DNA of 32,000 bases from Candidatus Acidulodesulfobacterium ferriphilum (GTDB lineage: Bacteria; SZUA-79; Acidulodesulfobacterales; Acidulodesulfobacteraceae). Positions 25,193 to 32,000 of the stretch are shown piece by piece. The notes under the pieces were generated by a model that saw nothing but the letters and a program-made list of their open reading frames with translations, did no database searches and was not told where the DNA came from. The stretch lies in assembly GCA_004195035.1 (NCBI GenBank), contig SGBD01000001.1, positions 384,368 through 416,367 on the forward strand, given 5' to 3'. The position numbers were made by a program, and so were the translations under genes. The first letter of the stretch is position 1. Each line of letters begins with the position of its first letter.

Positions 25193-26746
25193 TTAATATT
25201 TTCTCATTAAAACATCCCGCATAACACGCAGCGAATCGTTTTTGAATATAAATGAAGCAAAAAGGTAAGATGCTATTCCTATGACGAGAGAAACGACTAC
25301 AATCATTAAAGAACGATAGTTTAACCTGTTTAAAATAATTATTATAAGCTCGACAAAAACTCCCATAACGATGCTTGCCGCTATTGTCCTTATGAAGGAC
25401 TTAAAAAAACCGCTTCCCAGTCCTATCCTTTTTTTTGAATAAAGCCTTCTCAAAAGGAATAAGTAATTAAAAATCAAAGAAATGCTCGAGGCCAAAGCCA
25501 ATCCGTCAACCCCCATTATTTGCATAAGTATTACGGCAAGGATTATGTTAATTATCAAAGAATATACGGCTGCGTTAACGGGGGTCTTAGTATCCTTCAT
25601 CGAATAAAAAACCGGAACCACGGTCTTTAGCAATGCCGATGCCCATAGACCTATAATAAAAAAAAGGAGGACGGATGCCGTTTTTTGCGCATCTATCAAA
25701 TTAAAAATCCCATGCATATAGATTAATCTTACAAGATGATTTCTTAATAAGATTAACCCTATACTTGAAGGTATTATTATGAAAAACATAAGGGATGCGG
25801 AGAAGTTAAACGCATTATCCACCTCTTTTATATCGCCCCTTGCAAAAGAAGCGGAAAGCGCCGGAAAAATTGCCGTTTGCATGGCTATGGCAAATACCCC
25901 GAGCGGAAATTGGTAGAGCCTGTCCCCGTAGTAAAGATATGATATGCTCCCGGACGGCAAAAACGATGCAAGAAGGGTATCGAACAGCAGATTAAGCTGT
26001 ATTACAGCCATTCCGAGAAGCGAAGGGGTAAGTAATTTAAAAACGGTCTTTACATCGCTATTTTTAAAATTAAATCTAAATCCCAGCTTGATTTTTTTTC
26101 GTTTAATATAGTAAACCTGAGATAAAATCTGCAAAATGCCGCCGATAATAACCCCGATAGCAAGCGCATATATGCCTTCGTGAAAAAACGGCCTTAAAAA
26201 GATAGCGGAAATTATAAATAAAATATTTAATATTATGGGATATATTGCACCCGGGGCATAAGAATTATGGACATTTAAAACCCCCGCAAAAAAAGCGGTA
26301 AGCCCTATTAAAAATATGTAAGGAAACATCATTCTGGTAAGAAATACGGTAAGATGAAGTTCAAAGGGCTTATTTAGAAAACCCGGGGCGGTTATAGCGA
26401 CAAATATAAAAGAAAACAAAACGCCCAGACATGAGAGAAATAAAAGAATAAAAAAAAGAATTGTGAAAACGGTCATCAAGAGGTCAGAGGATTCCTCCGC
26501 CCGCTTTTTAACTAAGCTCTCTGAATAGACAGGGATAAAGGACGCCGAAAGCCCCCCTTCCCCAAAAAGTCTTCTAAAAAGATTCGGTATCCTGAACGCG
26601 ACAAAAAAGGCATCGGTAGCAACGCCGGCGCCAAAAAAATACGCAATACAAATATCCCTTAATAAACCTAAAATTCTGCTTATTAAAGTGAAAAACGAAA
26701 CTACCGATAAATTCCTGACTATCTCATGATTTTTGGATTGCGCCAT
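25193..26746 (-). CDS. murJ: Lipid II flippase MurJ (MviN)
   Basis: 517-aa ORF with ~14 TM segments and the N-terminal ..SRILGL.RD....YFFGAG...DAF.VAFRIPN..RRLF.EG motif. Confidence 0.9.
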   Translation of the reverse strand: MAQSKNHEIVRNLSVVSFFTLISRILGLLRDICIAYFFGAGVATDAFFVAFRIPNLFRRLFGEGGLSASFIPVYSESLVKKRAEESSDLLMTVFTILFFILLFLSCLGVLFSFIFVAITAPGFLNKPFELHLTVFLTRMMFPYIFLIGLTAFFAGVLNVHNSYAPGAIYPIILNILFIISAIFLRPFFHEGIYALAIGVIIGGILQILSQVYYIKRKKIKLGFRFNFKNSDVKTVFKLLTPSLLGMAVIQLNLLFDTLLASFLPSGSISYLYYGDRLYQFPLGVFAIAMQTAIFPALSASFARGDIKEVDNAFNFSASLMFFIIIPSSIGLILLRNHLVRLIYMHGIFNLIDAQKTASVLLFFIIGLWASALLKTVVPVFYSMKDTKTPVNAAVYSLIINIILAVILMQIMGVDGLALASSISLIFNYLFLLRRLYSKKRIGLGSGFFKSFIRTIAASIVMGVFVELIIIILNRLNYRSLMIVVVSLVIGIASYLFASFIFKNDSLRVMRDVLMRKY

Positions 26747-26755
26747 TAAATTTAA

Positions 26756-27799
26756 TCACAAATACTTTTGTATAAGTATTTCTGCTATCTGAATAGCGTT
26801 TAAGGCGGCCCCTTTTCTGACATTATCCGCAACAACCCATAAATTTAAGCCGTTCGGTATGGAAAAATCTCTCCTGATTCTTCCGACAAAAACATCGTCC
26901 AGCCCTGCAACATGCGTCTGGTAAGGGTATCTTTCGTCAGGGTCGTCGCTGAATATATTATCCACAATCTTTATACCCTTTGTTTCGGACAACATAGCCT
27001 TAATATCTTTAATATCGAAAGGTTTCTCGGTTTCGATATTAATCGATTCGCCGTGACAGAAGAATACGGGTACGCGGACGGTCGTCGCCGTTATGCCGAT
27101 CCCCTTGTCATGCATTATTTTATGCGTTTCTTTTACCATCTTAATTTCTTCTTTGGTATAACCGTCTTCACTAAAAACATCTATTTGAGGTATGCAATTA
27201 AATGCGATTTGAACGGGAAACTTCTCTGGAAATATATCGCCTTTTGCGTTTATAATCCCTGTGGTTTGGTAAAAAAGCTCATCCATTGCTTTTTTCCCTG
27301 CCCCCGAGGTTGATTGATAAGTTGAAACGACAACCCTTTTTATCTTATATTTATCGTGAATCGGTTTCAGCGGAACAACCATTTGAATAGTGGAGCAATT
27401 GGGATTTGCTATTATATTCTTTTTGCCGTAATGCCGTATATCGTCGGGATTAACCTCTGGAACAACTAAAGGAATATCGTCGTCCATTCTAAAATATGAA
27501 GTGTTATCGATTACGATAGCGCCTTCTTTTGCGGCAAGCGGAGAATATTTTGAACTGGCAGATGCTCCAGGACTTGACAGAACAATATCTATTTTCTTTT
27601 TTTTAAAAGAATCTTCATTTAATGCTTCGACGATATAATCCTCGCCTTTAAACTTTACGGCCTCTCCCATAGAATTTTCGGAAGCAAACAGGTAAAGTTC
27701 CATAACGGGAAAATTTCTCTGTTCCAATATCTCTAAAAATTCTCTCCCGACCAATCCCGTAGCGCCGACAATGCCGACATTATATTTATCTTTTTTCAT
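26756..27799 (-). CDS. asd: Aspartate-semialdehyde dehydrogenase
   Basis: 347-aa ORF with VGIVGATGLVG (NADP-binding site) and NPNCSTI (active-site Cys). Confidence 0.92.
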   Translation of the reverse strand: MKKDKYNVGIVGATGLVGREFLEILEQRNFPVMELYLFASENSMGEAVKFKGEDYIVEALNEDSFKKKKIDIVLSSPGASASSKYSPLAAKEGAIVIDNTSYFRMDDDIPLVVPEVNPDDIRHYGKKNIIANPNCSTIQMVVPLKPIHDKYKIKRVVVSTYQSTSGAGKKAMDELFYQTTGIINAKGDIFPEKFPVQIAFNCIPQIDVFSEDGYTKEEIKMVKETHKIMHDKGIGITATTVRVPVFFCHGESINIETEKPFDIKDIKAMLSETKGIKIVDNIFSDDPDERYPYQTHVAGLDDVFVGRIRRDFSIPNGLNLWVVADNVRKGAALNAIQIAEILIQKYL

Positions 27800-27824
27800 A
27801 AAACTCCTTTGTAAGAATCAGGGC

Positions 27825-28919
27825 CTACGCCCGGGCTTTAACATCTTTTAATTCTGAAATAACCGCTTTGCCCATTTCTTTTGTGCCGATAAGTTTTGTT
27901 CCTGCGGAATTAGAATAAATATCAAGGGTTCTATATCCTTTTTTAATAACCCTTTCTACGGCTTTTTCTATCGCCGCAGCCAAATTATCCATATCAAAGC
28001 TATAACGGAGCATCATTGCAACGGACAAAATTGCCGCCAGCGGGTTTGCCTTGTTTTGTCCTGCGATATCGGGAGCGCTGCCGTGAATCGGCTCATACAT
28101 CCCCTTTCTGCCGTTCAAACTGGCCGACGGCAGCATGCCGATTGAACCTGCCACCATCGATGATTCGTCGCTCAATATATCCCCAAACATATTTGTGGTA
28201 ACAATAACATCGAACGATTTTGGCTGCCTTATGAGCTGCATCGAACAGTTGTCCACATACATATTGCTTAACCCGACATCGGGATAATCCTTTGAAACGG
28301 CTGCCACAACTTGCCTCCACAGTTCGGTGGACTCCAGAACATTAGCCTTATCGACCGATAAAACCCTTTTCCTTCTTTTGCGGGCAATTTCAAATGCGAT
28401 TTTTGCAATCCTTTTTATCTCATTCGTTGTATAAACTAAAGTATTGACGCCCTTTTTTTGACCGTCTTCCATATCAAAAACCCCTCTAGGCTGTCCAAAA
28501 TAAATCCCGCCGGTTAACTCCCTGACTATCATCATATCGGTTCCGCTTACAATTTCTTTTTTTAAGGGAGAAGCATCTATAAGTTCGTCATAAATTTTTG
28601 CGGGTCTGAGATTTGCATAAAGCCCGAGTTCGTATCTCAGTGTTAAAAGGGCTTTTTCTGGCCTAAGGGCAATCGGCAAAGATTCCCATTTTGGTCCGCC
28701 GACCGCTCCAAAAATAACGGCATCCGATTCTTTGGCAAGTTTAAGGGCTCTTTCGGTTATAGGATTTTTATATTCGTCATAAGACGCCCCGCCGACAAGG
28801 CCTTCTTCTATTTCATAAGCCGCTCCATTTTCGTCCAGAACAAATTTTAAAACATTTACAGCCTCCGAGGAAACCTCCGTGCCGATGCCGTCGCCTGCAA
28901 AAAGCGCCAATTTCATCAT
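27825..28919 (-). CDS. leuB: 3-isopropylmalate dehydrogenase
   Basis: 364-aa ORF with ..GDGIG.EV.., ..NLRP.., ..[10 protein letters not shown]....[10 protein letters not shown]. Confidence 0.93.
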   Translation of the reverse strand: MMKLALFAGDGIGTEVSSEAVNVLKFVLDENGAAYEIEEGLVGGASYDEYKNPITERALKLAKESDAVIFGAVGGPKWESLPIALRPEKALLTLRYELGLYANLRPAKIYDELIDASPLKKEIVSGTDMMIVRELTGGIYFGQPRGVFDMEDGQKKGVNTLVYTTNEIKRIAKIAFEIARKRRKRVLSVDKANVLESTELWRQVVAAVSKDYPDVGLSNMYVDNCSMQLIRQPKSFDVIVTTNMFGDILSDESSMVAGSIGMLPSASLNGRKGMYEPIHGSAPDIAGQNKANPLAAILSVAMMLRYSFDMDNLAAAIEKAVERVIKKGYRTLDIYSNSAGTKLIGTKEMGKAVISELKDVKARA

Positions 28920-29420
28920 TTATTTAAGTCCTCCTTCCTTAACCCTTTTTCTCGCATATTCCATTAATCCCCCCGCATTAACAAGCTCGGACATAAACTT
29001 AGGAATGGGCTTTGCATTTATAACGCTATTTTTAGTTAAATTTTTAATCTCGCCGTTATCGGTGTTTACCTCGAGCATATCCCCATTATTTATATCATCG
29101 GTATTTGCTTCTAAAATAAACAGGCCGATATTAAAGGAATTTCTATAAAAAATCCTGGCAAAGCTCTTTGCTATAACGACCGGGACGCCACTGACTTTAA
29201 TAGCCCTTGGGGCATGTTCTCTTGAGGAGCCGCATCCAAAATTATTTCCCGCAACAATAAAATCGCCTTTCGAAATATTGGAGGAAAATGCGGGGTCAGC
29301 ATCTTCCATACAGTGTTTTTTTAAATTCTCATCGCTTGAATCATTTAAGTATCTTGCCGGAATTATAGCGTCCGTGTCTATATTATCCCCGAACTTAAAA
29401 ACTTTTCCCTTAAAGATCAT
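28920..29420 (-). CDS. leuD: 3-isopropylmalate dehydratase small subunit (short, ~166-aa type)
   Basis: 166-aa ORF with ..GDNIDTD.IIPA.., ..NFGCGSSREHAP.. and a strong SD (AAGGAGAGG). Confidence 0.9.
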   Translation of the reverse strand: MIFKGKVFKFGDNIDTDAIIPARYLNDSSDENLKKHCMEDADPAFSSNISKGDFIVAGNNFGCGSSREHAPRAIKVSGVPVVIAKSFARIFYRNSFNIGLFILEANTDDINNGDMLEVNTDNGEIKNLTKNSVINAKPIPKFMSELVNAGGLMEYARKRVKEGGLK

Positions 29421-29469
29421 AACCTCTCCTTTATAAATGTTAAAACCTTTAACTAAATTACTCCATATT

Positions 29470-29562
29470 TTCTGGATTCCTGCCTTCGCAGGAATGACAT
29501 ATAGAGAAGTTTACCGTCTTATCTTAAAGGATGTCCCAACCCGCTTCGGCAGGAATCCAGAA
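29470..29562. repeat. Palindromic REP/MITE-like element in the leuC-leuD spacer
   Basis: There are perfect 15-bp terminal inverted repeats, TTCTGGATTCCTGCC (29470-29484) and GGCAGGAATCCAGAA (29548-29562). The left end is itself a hairpin (ATTCCTGC-cttc-GCAGGAAT, 29476-29495). The right end is a degenerate inverted copy of the same ~30-nt unit. Confidence 0.75.
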
Positions 29563-29576
29563 TTACTTATTTAGGA

Positions 29577-30851
29577 TTAAACAACCTCTTCAGGGCTTGC
29601 TATCTTGCCGAGTATTGCCGATGCGGCGCACACCGCAGGGTTTGCAAGATAAACCTCGCTTGTTACATCTCCCATTCTTCCCTTAAAATTCCTGTTAGTG
29701 GAAGAAATTGCCCTTTCACCGTCGGCTAAAATCCCCATATATCCGCCAAGGCATGGCCCGCAGGTGGGGGTACTTACGACACCCCCCGCATCCATAAATA
29801 TATCTATTAAGCCCTCTTTTTCTGCCGTCCTGTAAACCTCAACCGTTGCGGGAATAACGATTAATCTGGTGTATTTTGCAATCTTTTTCCCCTTTAAAAT
29901 TTGAGCGGCTATTCTTAAATCCTCGATTCTTCCATTTGTGCAAGAACCGATAACGGACTGGTCTATTTTAATATTTTTAGCGGATGCTTCGCTTATATCG
30001 ACGCTGTTTTCGGGAAGATGGGGCAACGCAACCTGCGGATTTATCGTTTCGGTATTAAAATTTAAAACCTTAGCATATTTTGCCCCTTCATCGCTTTTAT
30101 AAAATGTGTAATCTCTATTTGCTCTTCCTTTTACATATTCTTCGGTAATTTCATCAGGTTCGAAAATTCCGCTTTTAGCTCCTGCTTCTATCGCCATATT
30201 AGATATAGTAAACCTGTCTGCCATACCGAGATGTTTAAATGTGTTTCCCGAAAATTCAAGCGCCATATAATTTGCCCCTTCGACGCCTATCTGCCCGATT
30301 AAATACAGCACCAGATCCTTGCCTGAAACCCATTTTTTGGGTTTTCCCGTAAAAACCACCTTTATCGACTCGGGAACTTTTAACCACAGTTCGCCAAAGG
30401 CAAAGGCGTATGCCAGATCGGTCGAACCTACGCCCGTGGCAAAAGCGCCCAACGCCCCGTAAGTGCAGGTATGGGAATCTGCCCCGATTACAAGGTCTCC
30501 GGGTAAAACAATCCCTTTTTCCGGCAAAAGAGCATGTTCGACCCCTGCTTCGCCGCATTCAAAATAGTATTTAATATCGTAGGTTTTCGCAAATTCCCTG
30601 AGCATTTTTGCCTGTTTTGCGCTCAGGATGTCCTTATTGGGGACAAAGTGGTCAGGAACCAGAGCTATCTTCTGCCTGTCAAAAACTCCGTTTATTCCAA
30701 TAGTTTCAAATTCCTTTATTGCGATAGGCGCCGTAATATCGTTGCCGAGGGCAATATCGACCCTTGCATTGACGATATCGCCGGGCTTAACTTCGCCTAA
30801 ATCCGTATGGTTTAATATTATTTTTTCGGTAATGGTAAGAGGTCTTCCCAT
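29577..30851 (-). CDS. leuC: 3-isopropylmalate dehydratase large subunit (~420-aa type)
   Basis: 424-aa ORF of the aconitase family with GADSHT, ..GSCTNGR.. and ..TCGPC.. Fe-S ligand motifs. Confidence 0.92.
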   Translation of the reverse strand: MGRPLTITEKIILNHTDLGEVKPGDIVNARVDIALGNDITAPIAIKEFETIGINGVFDRQKIALVPDHFVPNKDILSAKQAKMLREFAKTYDIKYYFECGEAGVEHALLPEKGIVLPGDLVIGADSHTCTYGALGAFATGVGSTDLAYAFAFGELWLKVPESIKVVFTGKPKKWVSGKDLVLYLIGQIGVEGANYMALEFSGNTFKHLGMADRFTISNMAIEAGAKSGIFEPDEITEEYVKGRANRDYTFYKSDEGAKYAKVLNFNTETINPQVALPHLPENSVDISEASAKNIKIDQSVIGSCTNGRIEDLRIAAQILKGKKIAKYTRLIVIPATVEVYRTAEKEGLIDIFMDAGGVVSTPTCGPCLGGYMGILADGERAISSTNRNFKGRMGDVTSEVYLANPAVCAASAILGKIASPEEVV

Positions 30852-30984
30852 CCTGATGTTACCCCCGTTATAAAATTTTTATAAAGCTAATTTCAATTTT
30901 GTGGAATTATGTACGGCTAATATATAATATAAAACCTATTAAGAAATGGGTCAAATGAATAATATTGATAATAAAGATGAGGTT

Positions 30985-32000
30985 TTACTCATAAATTTCC
31001 GATTCTACCGATTTTTTTAAATTACTGTTATGTATATACAGTTTGTTTATCGCATTTACATAAGCCTTCGCGCTGGCGACCACAATATCGGTATGAGCGC
31101 TTCTTCCCGTTATATTGGTCCCGTTTTCCTCTATGGTAATAGAAACATCCCCTTGAGCTTCGGTAGTTCCTCTAATGGATTTAACCTCGTACCCTATAAC
31201 CCTGGCTTTGGAGTTAACAATTTTTTCGATAGCGTTAATAGCGGCATCGACAGGACCATTGCCGCAGGAAGAGTCATGCTTCAATTCTCCGTTTACCATA
31301 ACCTTGACCATAGAAAGGGGCGTAACCGTATCGCCGCAAACGACATTCACATATTTAAGTTCATACTTTTCGAATGAATGGGATTTTGCGATAAGCGAAT
31401 CGATATCCTCGTCGTAGATTTCTTTTTTTCTATCCGACAGCGCTTTAAATTTAACAAAGGCATCCTCTATCTCTTTATCGTTTAATAAATATCCTAAGGA
31501 TTCTAATTTTTCTTTAAAAGCATGCTTTCCCGAATGCTTGCCCAGAACTAAATCGTTCGACTGCCTGCCCACTCTTTCGGGAGTCATTATCTCGTATGTC
31601 GTCTTTTCTTTTAATACGCCGTCCTGATGAATACCCGCCTCGTGGGCAAAAGCGTTTTTCCCGACGATAGCCTTATTCGGTTGAACAGATATACCCGTTA
31701 TATGAGTTAAAAGCTGAGAAGAGCGGTATATCTCCGCAGTGTTTATATTGGTGGCGGCATTATAAATATCCTTCCTGACATCAAGCGCCATGACTATTTC
31801 TTCCAATGCGGCATTGCCCGCGCGCTCCCCTATGCCGTTTATCGTACATTCTACCTGACCCACTCCCGCCTGAATCGCGGCAAGGGAATTTGCAACGCCG
31901 AGACCGAGATCGTTATGGCAGTGAACGCTTAATATAATATTTTTTATGCCCTTAACCCTTTCCCGTATATTTTTTATAAAATCATAGAATTCGAAAGGGG
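30985..32000 (-). CDS. leuA: 2-isopropylmalate synthase, C-terminal ~338 codons (5' end beyond the window)
   Basis: The frame is open to the window edge. The reverse complement of 31864-32000 reads ..PFEFYDFIKNIRERVKGIKNIILSVHCHNDLGLGVANSLAAIQAGV, continuing into GQVECTINGIGERAGNA. The 'M' at 31863 in the ORF track is an internal GTG (Val). Confidence 0.9.
   Translation of the reverse strand, partial: PFEFYDFIKNIRERVKGIKNIILSVHCHNDLGLGVANSLAAIQAGVGQVECTINGIGERAGNAALEEIVMALDVRKDIYNAATNINTAEIYRSSQLLTHITGISVQPNKAIVGKNAFAHEAGIHQDGVLKEKTTYEIMTPERVGRQSNDLVLGKHSGKHAFKEKLESLGYLLNDKEIEDAFVKFKALSDRKKEIYDEDIDSLIAKSHSFEKYELKYVNVVCGDTVTPLSMVKVMVNGELKHDSSCGNGPVDAAINAIEKIVNSKARVIGYEVKSIRGTTEAQGDVSITIEENGTNITGRSAHTDIVVASAKAYVNAINKLYIHNSNLKKSVESEIYE

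Noticed and set aside
30256-30558. Nested out-of-frame minus-strand ORFs inside leuC (100 aa). The same applies to those inside leuB (28093-28320), bamA (4060-4287), lnt (12498-12728) and the endonuclease (23901-24104).
   Set aside because: They are Arg/Gly/Cys-rich or low-complexity translations in alternative frames of strongly supported genes, with no independent signals.
31861-31863. The ORF-track start codon for the last gene (MGQVECTING...).
   Set aside because: It is an internal GTG (Val). The frame stays open to position 32000 and encodes the conserved LeuA HCHNDLGL motif, so the gene is truncated by the window and does not start here.
1-32000. rRNA, tRNA, CRISPR arrays, IS elements, riboswitch or leader upstream of the leu genes.
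   Set aside because: The intergenic spacers are short, and none showed cloverleaf-like or array-like structure. The leu operon leader would lie upstream of leuA, outside the window.

Overview
This is a low-to-moderate GC chromosomal segment from a diderm (LPS-containing) bacterium. I cannot assign the phylum. Every supported gene lies on the minus strand. Three conserved housekeeping blocks make up most of the window. The first is an outer-membrane biogenesis cluster: lpxB (partial), lpxI, lpxA, fabZ, lpxD, skp, bamA, lolD, lolC/E, then lysS, prfB (with its programmed +1 frameshift) and lnt. The second is mazG, a dgkA-PAP2 fusion, ybeY, a 7TM-HD (PgpH-like) gene and phoH. The third is murJ, asd, leuB, leuD, leuC and leuA (partial). 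Between phoH and murJ (about 18.36-25.19 kb) sits a roughly 6.8 kb accessory insertion with no integrase or tRNA. Part of it is a very AT-rich block containing four genes: an HsdR_N-type PD-(D/E)xK protein with an unknown C-terminal half, a radical-SAM enzyme with a Cys-rich C-terminus, a Trp/Tyr-rich, Cys-free 79-aa ORF whose stop overlaps the radical-SAM start, and a 764-aa TPR protein ending in two TM helices. The rest is a GC-richer MvaI/BcnI-like type II R-M pair. The radical-SAM plus aromatic-peptide cassette and its neighbours are the best candidate for an undescribed system (a RiPP-like or defence-like module). Other notable items are a 93-bp palindromic element between leuC and leuD, an N-terminal extra domain on BamA, an Asn at the expected catalytic Asp of the restriction enzyme, and unusually long gene overlaps around ybeY. 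I saw no rRNA, tRNA, CRISPR array or IS element.
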